Source: Prochloraceae cyanobacterium
GTDB taxonomy: Bacteria; Cyanobacteriota; Cyanobacteriia; Cyanobacteriales; JASJDA01
Length of the DNA: 64,000 nt
Reading direction: 5' to 3'
NCBI GenBank assembly: GCA_030065755.1
Contig: JASJDA010000002.1
Span: 27,122-91,121, forward strand
Below the pieces are notes generated by a model that was not told the origin of the DNA, ran no database searches, and worked only from the letters and a program-made list of their open reading frames with translations. Numbering within the stretch: the first letter of the stretch is position 1; each line of letters begins with the position of its first letter. Positions 47,020 through 56,164 of the stretch are shown here, in pieces. The translations under genes were made by a program, and so were the position numbers.

Positions 47020-48522
47020 TCACCGAATCTTCATAATACCCATCATGCCTAAATCCTCGTGGTCGAGGATATGGCAGTGATAAACAGTTTTGCCTGTAAA
47101 ATCTTGAAACCGAATGCGAATGCGAACTGTTTCGCCTCTACGAACTAATACCGTATCTCGCCAAGCAGGTAAGGATTCCGATCGACCGTTACGACTAATA
47201 ACTTGAAAAGAATTGACGTGAACGTGGAAAGGATGATCCATTACCCCAGTATTGGTTATTTCCCAATCCTCTACCGTATCTAGTCGTACTTGGGTATTAA
47301 TGAGCTCGCCACTATAAGGTTCACCATTAATTAGAAATGCCATTCCCACAGCAGGAGTCATGCCGTGATTGAGTTCAAAATGTCTCACTTGCATAGGTTC
47401 TGGCAATGCAGGGATAGAAGTAATTTTATTGGGGAGATCGATCGATTTGACAGAAGATTCGTAGTTAACCGTTGCTAAAGCTATGGTCGCATTGCGGTCA
47501 TTTCTGTCCATCATGCCTCTATCGCACATCATACCGCCACCCATCATGCCTCTACCGCACATCATACCACCACCCATCATGCCCATACCACCTCGATCGT
47601 AGGGTAAATTGAGTAAGCGATATTGTCCTGGTTGGCGATCGCCTTTTACTAAAACATCGGCTCGTTGTCCTGGTGTCAGCAGTAACTCACTAACTTCTAT
47701 TGGTTCGTTCAAGGAATTTCCGTCAGTAGCAATCTGATAAAAAGGATGATTTTCTAAAGAAAGTCGATAAAAACGGGAAGTAGAACCATTAAGAATTCTT
47801 AATCGCAATAATCCGTTAGCAGGTAAAGAAAAACTAGGATTTATTTGACCGTTTACTGCGATTAAATCTCCTTCTCGCCCCATCATTAGAGACATATGCC
47901 CCGAATCCATTGGTCTACCATAATTATCTAAAGCAAAGTCTTGCAGTACCAAAAACTCTTCTTTTGCTGCTTTTATTTCGGGAATTTCGTCTAACTCGCC
48001 CCGCACGATAAATAAACCCGCTAACCCTCCAAATAACTGCTCCGCTACTAAGCCGTGCAGGTGGGGATGATACCAAAATGTTCCTTCTGCTTGATTTTTG
48101 GCCAGATCGAATTCATAAGTAAACTTTTCACCTGGATTAATACGCAGAAAAACGTTATCCGCTTTTCCTGTAGGCGGAATGTGCAATCCATGATAGTGAA
48201 GGTTAGTAGGTTGAGAGAGATTATTAGTAAAATGAATGCGAACTTTATCCCCTGGTTTAGCTTCTAAACGGGGTGCAGGAATGTGTCCGTTGTAGGTTAA
48301 TAAATATGCCCGTTTTCCCCCCAAATTAACAGGACTTTCTGATGCTTCTAAGTCTAATTCTAATAACCCGTTGCTGCTGTGATGGAGTTTAGATAAATCT
48401 AGTGGTGAATTTGATGACCCTTGACTGTAACTAGCCCGTCTTTGCGTATAACTAGCAAAAATAGCAGACCCAGCACCAGCAGCACTTAAGACAAGAAACT
48501 GGCGACGATTAATTTTAGCCAT
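47020..48522 (-). CDS. multicopper oxidase (copper-resistance CopA/CueO-like) with Tat signal and Met-rich insert
   Basis: MAKINRRQFLVLSAAGAG (twin-Arg), HYHGLH, WYHPHLHG, HPFHVHVNSF, HCHILDHEDLGMMG copper sites. GGMGMMGGGMMCGRGMMGGGMMCDRGMM insert. Confidence 0.9.
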   Translation of the reverse strand: MAKINRRQFLVLSAAGAGSAIFASYTQRRASYSQGSSNSPLDLSKLHHSSNGLLELDLEASESPVNLGGKRAYLLTYNGHIPAPRLEAKPGDKVRIHFTNNLSQPTNLHYHGLHIPPTGKADNVFLRINPGEKFTYEFDLAKNQAEGTFWYHPHLHGLVAEQLFGGLAGLFIVRGELDEIPEIKAAKEEFLVLQDFALDNYGRPMDSGHMSLMMGREGDLIAVNGQINPSFSLPANGLLRLRILNGSTSRFYRLSLENHPFYQIATDGNSLNEPIEVSELLLTPGQRADVLVKGDRQPGQYRLLNLPYDRGGMGMMGGGMMCGRGMMGGGMMCDRGMMDRNDRNATIALATVNYESSVKSIDLPNKITSIPALPEPMQVRHFELNHGMTPAVGMAFLINGEPYSGELINTQVRLDTVEDWEITNTGVMDHPFHVHVNSFQVISRNGRSESLPAWRDTVLVRRGETVRIRIRFQDFTGKTVYHCHILDHEDLGMMGIMKIR

Positions 48523-48539
48523 GATTCATTTTGTTTGTA

Positions 48540-49118
48540 TCAATAAGATTGATATTCTTTAAATATTTGGACTTCTCCCTTATTGTTAAATGCCAATACT
48601 TGAAATGGTTGTTTCATATCTCTTGCTTCCATTCCTGGCGTTCCCAAAGGCATTCCTGGTACGGCTAAACCAGCTAATTTGGGTTTTTCTTTCAGAAAAC
48701 GTTTGATGTCATCGGCAGGAATATGACCTTCGATCGCGTAACCATCAATAATAGTTGTGTGACAAGCTGCTAGTTGGGGAGGTACATTATATTTCTGCTT
48801 GATGGCTTCGATTTGCTCGGTTTTGATATCTTTGACTTTAAAGCCGTGTTTTTCAGCGTGTTCGATCCACACTCCACAGCAGCCACAGTTAGGACTGCGA
48901 TATACGGTCATTTCTTTTGTTCCTGAATAGGATGGCTCTGTTTCTTCGTCCCAAACGCTAACGAAGCTAGCTGTCTTAGTATCTTTAGCGATCGAATTCT
49001 GGTTACTGGCAGTTTGATTTTCAGCGATAGTCCAACTGAAGTAAATTGCTCCTCCGATCGCACTAGCGATCGCAATTGAAGTAAAGATTATTTTAGGTAA
49101 GAGTTTTGACATTATCAA
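48540..49118 (-). CDS. DUF411-type metal-binding protein (copper-resistance associated)
   Basis: Signal/TM N-terminus. SPNCGCCGVWIEHAEKHGFKV and GLAVPGMPLGTPGME are typical of DUF411. Adjacent to the multicopper oxidase. Confidence 0.65.
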   Translation of the reverse strand: MIMSKLLPKIIFTSIAIASAIGGAIYFSWTIAENQTASNQNSIAKDTKTASFVSVWDEETEPSYSGTKEMTVYRSPNCGCCGVWIEHAEKHGFKVKDIKTEQIEAIKQKYNVPPQLAACHTTIIDGYAIEGHIPADDIKRFLKEKPKLAGLAVPGMPLGTPGMEARDMKQPFQVLAFNNKGEVQIFKEYQSY

Positions 49119-49299
49119 TTCAACTCATAACTAATTATTTATTAGACTTCTATCTTAAACTCTCTAGTCGGGTGTAGAGTCAAGAGCGACAATGTTTAGA
49201 AAAAAGCGATCGTTTAAGCAACCAGATCGTTACCAAAACGAAGATCTCAACAAAAGTGATTTTTGCAACCACAGCTCTTGATAGCAGGAACAGCAATTG

Positions 49300-50692
49300 C
49301 TGCCCCATCACAAAGGGGAATTTCGCGCCTCCAATTATAGGTTTACAAAATAAACTAATTCCGCTAAAATAACAACTATCTAGCGGAATATTTGAATGCT
49401 TTTGACTCAAACGGTTCGATTGAAACTGAATAGTACCGAAAAAGATATTTTGACTAATTTGTGTCATTTGTCCAAAAATTTGTTCAATGTGGGACTCTAC
49501 ACTGTGCGTCAATACTTCTTTGCCGAGGGAAAATATCTCAGTTATGAGTCTAATTATCATCTGTGCAAAGAGAACAAAAACTATCAACTCTTGGCTACAG
49601 ATTGCGGGCAACAAACGCTTAAATACGTAGACAGGTGTTTTAAAGCATTTTTTAAGTTGCTCTCGATGAAGAAAGAAGGAATATATCACGAAAAGATTAA
49701 TCTTCCGAGATACTTGCCTAAAGATGGACACTTTCCTTTGATTATTCCCATCAGAGCCAGGCATAATTTTGCTAAAGATAACTGGAAGTTTAAAATTCCC
49801 ACATCTCGTCAATTCACGAGAGAAAACGGTTCTGTCTACATAAGCGTACCTCCGAATTTGAGGGAGTATCGAATTAAGGAAATCCGAATATTGCCCAAAC
49901 AAAGAGGTAAGTTTTTGGATGTTGCATTTGTTTATGAGTCTATTGACGAACAAGTAAGTGTTAGCAATGATGATGCAATATCAATAGATCTCGGACTTAA
50001 TAACCTTGCTACCGTAGTTAGCTCTACCTCGGAATCTTTTATCATTGATGGATGTTGGCTTAAGTCTAAAAACCAATGGTTTAACAAGCGTCGATCTCAA
50101 CTGGTCTCCCACAAAGACAAACAAGGTATTAAACACTTGACTAAGCAAGAAGCTTGGTTGTCTTACCGTCGAAAAAACCAAGTAAGTAATTACTTGAATA
50201 AAGCTGCTAGATACATAATTAACTTTTGCCTCAATAGAAAGATTGGGACGATTGTTGTGGGTTACAACCCGACTCTTAAACAAGAGACTAATATGGGCAA
50301 ACGTAACAATCAAAACTTTGTTCAAATTCCAATCTTTACCATTCGCTCCAAGCTGAAAAGCCTCTGTGAGCGATATGGGTTCAACTATGTAGAGCAAGAG
50401 GAGTCTTATACTTCCAAAGCTTCGAGTGTTGACCGCGATGATATTCCTCTATACAACGCCGATAACCCCGTTAAGCCCACTTTTTCTGGCAGACGAATAA
50501 AACGCGGGTTGTATAAAACTAAGACTGGTCATTTGATTAATGCTGATTGCAATGGAAGTTTAAACATTGGTCTTAAAAGTAAGCACGAAGCTTTTAGCCG
50601 AGTGTCTAGGGTCTGTTTGACGCAGCCAGTGAGGGTTAATGTCCTCCGAGAATCTAAGACCATAGCACCAGCTTGGTCTTAGAGTACGTCAA
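49300..50692 (+). mobile_element. IS200/IS605-family tnpB-only element (left boundary uncertain)
   Basis: Left-end hairpin aattccgcta...tagcggaat at ~49357-49389 just before the tnpB ATG. Right-end hairpin taagacc...ggtctta then gagtacgtcaa ending ~50692. No tnpA. Confidence 0.6.
49396..50682 (+). CDS. tnpB: TnpB-like protein lacking the usual zinc-finger cysteines
   Basis: 428 aa. ISIDLGLNNLATV (RuvC-I), VVGYNPTLKQE (RuvC-II), INADCNGSLNIGLK (RuvC-III). The segment YTSKASSVDRDD...SGRRIKRGLYKTKTGHLINAD has no CxxC pairs. Confidence 0.8.
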   Translation: MLLTQTVRLKLNSTEKDILTNLCHLSKNLFNVGLYTVRQYFFAEGKYLSYESNYHLCKENKNYQLLATDCGQQTLKYVDRCFKAFFKLLSMKKEGIYHEKINLPRYLPKDGHFPLIIPIRARHNFAKDNWKFKIPTSRQFTRENGSVYISVPPNLREYRIKEIRILPKQRGKFLDVAFVYESIDEQVSVSNDDAISIDLGLNNLATVVSSTSESFIIDGCWLKSKNQWFNKRRSQLVSHKDKQGIKHLTKQEAWLSYRRKNQVSNYLNKAARYIINFCLNRKIGTIVVGYNPTLKQETNMGKRNNQNFVQIPIFTIRSKLKSLCERYGFNYVEQEESYTSKASSVDRDDIPLYNADNPVKPTFSGRRIKRGLYKTKTGHLINADCNGSLNIGLKSKHEAFSRVSRVCLTQPVRVNVLRESKTIAPAWS

Positions 50693-50747
50693 CTTTGCTT
50701 AAAATAGAAAAGAATTGGTCTCGAATTCTCTAGTTGAAAGCGAAACT

Positions 50748-51299
50748 ATGATAAGACTTAAAATAAACGGTCAGTTGCAAACGCTGAATGTCGAGCCACG
50801 AGTGACTTTGTTAGATGCCCTACGAGAAAACCTGGGATTAACTGGAAGCAAGAAAGGTTGCGATCGCGGGCAATGCGGAGCTTGTACTGTACTGATCGAC
50901 GGGCAAAGAGTATATTCTTGCCTCACTTTAGCGATAATGCAAGAAGGTAAAGAAATTACGACGATCGAAGGTTTAGCAACTGGGGATAATTTGCATCCAG
51001 TGCAAGCAGCTTTTATTGATAATGATGGCTTTCAATGTGGTTATTGTACTCCAGGTCAAATATGCGCTTCGGTTGCCTTATTAGATGAAGTTAAAAACGG
51101 TTCTGTTAGTTACGTTACCCCAGATCTAACTAGCGCGCCTCAATTAGCTTCTCTATCAGAGGCGGAAATAAAAGAGAGACTGAGCGGCAATTTGTGTCGT
51201 TGCAGTGCATATAACGGTATCGTCGCCGCAGTGCAGCAAGCTAGCGGACAAAACCCTCCTTCGCCTGCTGCTTCTAATCTTGGAACAGAGGTAAGTTAA
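50748..51299 (+). CDS. xanthine dehydrogenase-family (2Fe-2S)-binding small subunit
   Basis: CDRGQCGACTVLIDG, CGYCTPGQI, CRCSAY. I prefer the ATG at 50748 (MIRLKINGQ) over the TTG at 50715 in the ORF track. Confidence 0.85.
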   Translation: MIRLKINGQLQTLNVEPRVTLLDALRENLGLTGSKKGCDRGQCGACTVLIDGQRVYSCLTLAIMQEGKEITTIEGLATGDNLHPVQAAFIDNDGFQCGYCTPGQICASVALLDEVKNGSVSYVTPDLTSAPQLASLSEAEIKERLSGNLCRCSAYNGIVAAVQQASGQNPPSPAASNLGTEVS

Positions 51300-52294
51300 T
51301 GAACAATTTTGCTTACGTTCGTGCCAATTCGGTTGAAGATGCCGTAAGTAGGGCTAGCCAAGATAGCAACGTCATGTATATCGCAGGGGGAACCAATCTA
51401 GTCGATCGCATGAAAGGCTTTTTAGACGAGCCATCCCAACTTGTTGACGTATCTCGTTTGGCGATGAAAAAAATCGAACGAACTCAAGAAGGAGGCTTAA
51501 AAATTGGCGCGTTAGTAACAAATACAGACCTAGCAGGTTGTGCCGAAGTGCGAAGCAATTATCCCATGCTCAGCAGATCGATTTTAGCTGGAGCTTCCCA
51601 ACAAATACGCAATATGGCAACAGTAGGGGGAAATTTGATGCAGCGCACCCGTTGTCCCTATTATTACGATACTGCTTTTGCTTGCAACAAACGCCAGCCA
51701 AATACTGGTTGTCCTGCGGCAACTGGAATTAATCGCACTCACGCTATATTAGGAGCTAGTGAAAGCTGCGTGGCTGTTAATCCCTCGGATATGTGCGTCG
51801 CCTTGGCTGCATTGGATGCCGAGGTTAAAGTTCGAGGAGTGGCAGGAGAGCGCCAAATTCCTTTTGTAGACTTCCATCGTCTGCCAGGGAATACTCCCAA
51901 TCGCGATACAAATTTAGAACCTGGAGAATTGATTACAGCAGTAATTTTGCCTCCAGTATCTTTTGCGAAATCGGGAGTTTATCTCAAACTGCGAGATCGA
52001 GCTTCCTATGCCTTTGCTTTAATATCAGTAGCTGCGGCTTTAGAACTATCGGGAGAACAAATTAAAAACGCTCGAGTGGCATTGGGTGGAGTAGCTCACA
52101 AACCTTGGCGCGCCACTGAAGCCGAAGAGTTTTTAAAGGGCAAGAGGGCTGATAAATCTACCTTTTCACAAGCAGCAGAAATTGCACTTAAAGATGCCAA
52201 ACCCCTCGCTCATAACCAATTCAAAGTAAAACTGTCTAAACGGGCAATTTCTCGCGCTCTAAGCGTTTCAGCTCGAGGAGGAGGTGTAGTATGA
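51299..52294 (+). CDS. xanthine dehydrogenase-family FAD-binding subunit
   Basis: YIAGGTNLVDRMK, ATVGGNLMQRTRC. 331 aa. Start overlaps the small-subunit stop codon. Confidence 0.85.
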   Translation: MNNFAYVRANSVEDAVSRASQDSNVMYIAGGTNLVDRMKGFLDEPSQLVDVSRLAMKKIERTQEGGLKIGALVTNTDLAGCAEVRSNYPMLSRSILAGASQQIRNMATVGGNLMQRTRCPYYYDTAFACNKRQPNTGCPAATGINRTHAILGASESCVAVNPSDMCVALAALDAEVKVRGVAGERQIPFVDFHRLPGNTPNRDTNLEPGELITAVILPPVSFAKSGVYLKLRDRASYAFALISVAAALELSGEQIKNARVALGGVAHKPWRATEAEEFLKGKRADKSTFSQAAEIALKDAKPLAHNQFKVKLSKRAISRALSVSARGGGVV

Positions 52295-54413
52295 ATCAGA
52301 TTATCGGTACTTCAGTTAGTCGTAAAGACGGACGAGCTAAAGTTACGGGAGAAGCAACTTACGGAGCAGAACATCAAGTTGAGGAACTGGTTCACGGGTA
52401 TTTAGTAACTGCAACGATCGCCAACGGCATTATTAGCAACATCGATACCAGCTCCGCAGAGCGAGCGCCTGGTGTAATTAAAGTTTTTACTCATAAAAAC
52501 CCGCCAGAAGTCTTTAAACCCCGTAATGACTTCATAAATTCCAAAATTTACGAAGCGCGGCTGCCTTTATCGGACGATCGCGTCCATTATGCAGGACAAA
52601 TTGTTGGCTTAGTGGTGGCAGATACTTTTGAAAGAGCGCGGGATGCAGCAGCACAAGTCAAAATTGAATACGAAACTCAACCCCCACAAATTGACCCCAA
52701 AAAAGCGAGTTATAAAAAAGCTCCTAGTTTTCTTGGAGAAGATTTAGAGTATCAAGAAGGGACGTTCGAGACAGGGGATTTTTCAGGATCGAATACTGCG
52801 GCAACGGTAGAAGCAACCTACACTACCGAAGTAGAACTTCACGCGCCTATGGAACCCCACGCTCTGGTTGCTAATTGGGAAAATAAAGATTCGGTAACGG
52901 TTTACGAACCGACTCAGTGGGTGAGAGGGTCTCAGAGCACTTATGCCGATTTGTTCGGTCTTCCTCTCGATCGGGTTCGCATCATAAGTCCTTATATTGG
53001 CGGCGGATTTGGGTCAAAAGCATTTCCTTGGCCTCACGGCGTTCTTTGCGTCGCTGCCGAAGAGAAATTCAACGTCCTCTCAAAGTGGTTCTCTCCCGTC
53101 GTCAAATGACAGCCAATAGCGGACATCGATCGCAAACCGAACAAACTATCCGTTTAGCAGCCAAAGCCGATGGTAAATTAGAGGCGATCGAACATACAGC
53201 CAAATCTTGCACTTCTGCAGTTGAAGTTTTTCCCGAACCCTGTACTGGCATCACTTCTATCATGTACGCTGCCCCTAATATGAGACTAAAACAAGAGCTA
53301 GGAGTCCTCAACGTCGGTACGCCTACTTTTATGCGAGCACCAGGGGAAAATCCAGGGCTGTTTGCTCTCGAGTCAGCTATGGATGAGTTAGCCTGGGAAT
53401 TGAAGATAGATCCTGTAGAACTGCGTTTGAAAAATGAAACAAAGGAACATCAGCGCAGAAAACTGCCATTCTCAGAGAAATATTTTGCTGAGTGTTTAAA
53501 AATAGGAGCAGAAAAGTTTGGCTGGAGTCAGCGCCAAATGCAACCGCGCTCCGTCCAGCAAGGAGATCTTTTAGTTGGTTGGGGAATGGCAGGATCCAGC
53601 TTTCCGGCTTTACGCGGCAGAGCTGAAGCTAAAGTCCGCCTGCTTCCCGATGAAACCGCTCGTGTTTTAACATCAGCCAACGACATGGGAACGGGAGCTT
53701 ATACCGTAATAGCAATGACTGCGGCTGAAACTCTAGGTTTGCCCGTTGAAAAAGTCAAAGTAGAATTAGGCGATTCGATTTTGCCAAATGGCGGCATGGC
53801 TGGCGGTTCTCAAATGACTGCGTCTCTTACTCCTGCAGTTTTAGCTGCTTGTCAGAAGGTTCTTCAAACAGCGAACGCTCAAAATGCTAAGGAAGCTTTT
53901 ACCAACCTACACGCTTCAGGACTAGACGCATATGAAGCTAGTGCTACTTCTGCTCCAGGTCAAGAAGGCAAAAACTTTGCTTTTAACTCTTGGGGAGCGC
54001 ATTTCTGTGAAGTGACTGTGGATGAGGAAATTGCTCGCTTGCGGTTAACTCGTTGGCTTTCGGTGATGAATGTCGGACGAGTCCTCAGCGCCAAAACGGC
54101 AGCTTCTCAGATTCGCGGGGGTGTAATTATGGGCATCGGACAGGCTTTAATGGAAGAATGTAATTTCGATCCAGCTAGCGCCTATCCTGTAGTTTACGAT
54201 TTAGCAACCTATCACTTCCCTGCACACGCTGATATTCCTCGCATTGAAGTCGCTTTTGTCGGCGAGCCAGACCTCAATTTTAATCCGATGGGTGCCCGTG
54301 GAGTTGGCGAAATCGGGATTACAGGGGTATCGGCAGCGATCGCTAACGCCGTCTATCATGCTACTGGCAAGCGCATCCGCAGTTTACCAATTACTCCAGA
54401 TAAATTAATTTAA
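52291..54413 (+). pseudogene. xanthine dehydrogenase-family molybdopterin-binding large subunit, split by a -1 frame change
   Basis: Two overlapping ORFs (52291..53109 and 52917..54413, frame offset -1) together give one colinear large subunit. Homology switches frame at the A-run ~53065-53067 (..VLCVAAEE | IQRPLKVVLSRRQM..). Confidence 0.8.
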
Positions 54414-54427
54414 AAGGGAATAAGCAA

Positions 54428-54590
54428 TGGGGAGAGGGGGAGAGGGGGAGATGGGGGAGTGTGGGGAGATGGGGCTAACAGCAAATAGCAAACAGCAAAC
54501 AGCAAATAGCCAACAGCCAACAGCCAACAGCCAACAGCAACTCGCTCGTCTCTGAAAAATATTACTGTTCCCCGTTCCCCGTTCCCTGTT
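54428..54590. repeat. tandem heptanucleotide repeat block
   Basis: GGGGAGA/GGGGAGT, CAGCAAA/CAGCCAA and GTTCCCC heptamers. Inverse of the block at 30876-30995. Confidence 0.8.
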
Positions 54591-54596
54591 AATTAA

Positions 54597-55784
54597 TTGA
54601 TAAGGAAAAAAGCGATCGTGCATGAATTAGAAGCAATAGTTTTGGCAAATGAAGACAGTATTAAAAAGGGTGAAACTACTTACCTCGCTACTATAGTTAA
54701 TACTTTTGGTTCTACTTACCGCCAACAAGGTGCCAAAATGTTAATTACAGAAAAAGGGGAAATGGTAGGAACTCTGAGCGGTGGTTGCGTAGAAAATGAT
54801 ATTTTTCAATATACTAAACAAATAGAGAACGAACCTCTTTTAATCCATTACGATGCCACAAAAGAAGAAGAAGATTTTACTTGGGGCTTTGGATTGGGTT
54901 GTAATGGGGCAATTAAAATATTACTAGAAAAACTCGAAATATCCAATTCCTTATCTCCTTTGAATTTAATCGCTCAATGTCTAAAAATTCGAAAAATAGG
55001 CGCGATCGCTACTATTTTTAATCTAGAAGGGTCGAGGGATTTAAAAATTGGCTCTCGTTTTATTCTTTATCCCGACGATACCTCTTACACCAATATTGAA
55101 AATCTAGCTTTAAAAGAAGCGATCGAAAATGACACTATTACTGCTAAAAATACTCAACTCTCAACCGTCAATAAATACCAACTATCATCGGGTAGCGTAA
55201 CAGTCTTTATTGAAGTTATTAAACCTCCCACTTCCTTAATTATTTTTGGTGCGGGTCGAGATGCTTTACCTGTAGTAGAAATAGCTAAAACAATAGGCTG
55301 GCAAGTGAGTGTCATTGATTGTCGAGCGCAAGAAGAAACTTATCGAAGATTTGCTCGAGCAGATAAAATTACTCTCACTTGTCGCTCCACGATCGGCCAA
55401 CAAATCTCAGTAGATAAAAATACTGTTGCGGTGGTTATGACTCACAATTATTTCGACGATCGAGATATTATTAAATTTCTCCTGCCGACTTCAATTCCCT
55501 ATTTAGGTGTGATGGGTTCAAAAAATCGAATCGATAAGATAATACAGGAGCTAAATCATCCTAAAATTCAATTAGAAAAGTTGTACAGTCCGATCGGTTT
55601 AGATATTGGAGCTGAAACTCCAACCGAAATCGCTAGCGCAATCGTTGCTGAGATTCAAGCCGTCTTAACTAAACGTAATGCAGGCTTTTTAAAATATCGT
55701 TCTCAACCTCTTCATGAAAGATACAGTGTTCGAGAAAAGCAGGTTAAAACTAGAGACAAGGTTTTGACATTTGAACAAAAGTAA
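54597..55784 (+). CDS. XdhC/CoxI-family molybdenum-cofactor insertion accessory protein
   Basis: LATIVNTFGSTYRQQGAKMLI...GTLSGGCVEND and Rossmann-like LIIFGAGRDALPV. The start codon is uncertain (TTG 54597 or GTG ~54618). Confidence 0.8.
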   Translation: MIRKKAIVHELEAIVLANEDSIKKGETTYLATIVNTFGSTYRQQGAKMLITEKGEMVGTLSGGCVENDIFQYTKQIENEPLLIHYDATKEEEDFTWGFGLGCNGAIKILLEKLEISNSLSPLNLIAQCLKIRKIGAIATIFNLEGSRDLKIGSRFILYPDDTSYTNIENLALKEAIENDTITAKNTQLSTVNKYQLSSGSVTVFIEVIKPPTSLIIFGAGRDALPVVEIAKTIGWQVSVIDCRAQEETYRRFARADKITLTCRSTIGQQISVDKNTVAVVMTHNYFDDRDIIKFLLPTSIPYLGVMGSKNRIDKIIQELNHPKIQLEKLYSPIGLDIGAETPTEIASAIVAEIQAVLTKRNAGFLKYRSQPLHERYSVREKQVKTRDKVLTFEQK

Positions 55785-55878
55785 GAGTGAAAATAATTCT
55801 ATAGCTGCTATTATTCTTGCTGCTGGCGCATCAAAACGGATGGGTCAACCAAAACAATTACTACCATTAATTAATTAG
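55771..55878 (+). pseudogene. 5' fragment of a MobA/MocA-like nucleotidyltransferase gene
   Basis: Manual translation gives ..SENNSIAAIILAAGASKRMGQPKQLLPLIN then stop. This is only the N-terminal LAAGxSxRMG motif (~35 codons); the rest is replaced by repeats. Confidence 0.6.
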
Positions 55879-55965
55879 ATACTACTGAATAGTGTTTGCG
55901 AATAGTAATTAAGTTTGAAACAAGTGTTATACCAATTTCCTAAATGTTTGCTACATATCTTTTTA

Positions 55966-56012
55966 CTCCCCCTCTTCCCACACTCCCCACACTTCCCACC
56001 CTCCCCACACTC
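55966..56012. repeat. heptanucleotide repeat block (CCCCACA/CTCCCCA)
   Basis: ctccccctcttcccacactccccacacttcccaccctccccacactc. Confidence 0.7.
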
Positions 56013-56049
56013 AAGAGCGAAAATTATTTGTAGCAAAGACAAATTAAAT

Positions 56050-56102
56050 TGGTATTAGGCGGGGGATTGAACCCACCGATAACGCTCAAACCCTAACTAT
56101 CG
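56050..56102 (-). other. tRNA-like 3' fragment (T-arm, acceptor strand, CCA)
   Basis: The minus strand reads ..ggtgg-gttcaat-ccccc-gcctaat-a-cca: a T-arm-like hairpin (one mismatch), 7-nt acceptor strand, discriminator and CCA. No matching 5' acceptor strand lies upstream. Confidence 0.3.
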
Positions 56103-56164
56103 TTTTTACAACAAGTAGAAAAGTAGAAGAGATCCACTTTTCAATACTTTGTTAAATTTCGTCT

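Noticed and set aside
49180-49953. 257-aa ORF on the minus strand
   Set aside because: It lies antisense to the tnpB gene and its left end. It has no recognisable motifs and an odd composition, so it is almost certainly a shadow ORF of the tnpB coding sequence.
52917-53109. GTG/ATG start of the second large-subunit ORF at 52917 as a genuine start
   Set aside because: The first ~50 codons of that ORF (MGERVSEHLCRFVRSSSRSGSHHKS...) are out-of-frame translation of the upstream fragment. Homology begins only after ~53065.
54405-54623. 72-aa ORF (..LLAVGCWLFAVCCLLFAVSPISPHSPISPSPP..)
   Set aside because: It is a translation of the tandem heptamer repeat block. The periodic sequence reflects the DNA repeat, not a protein.
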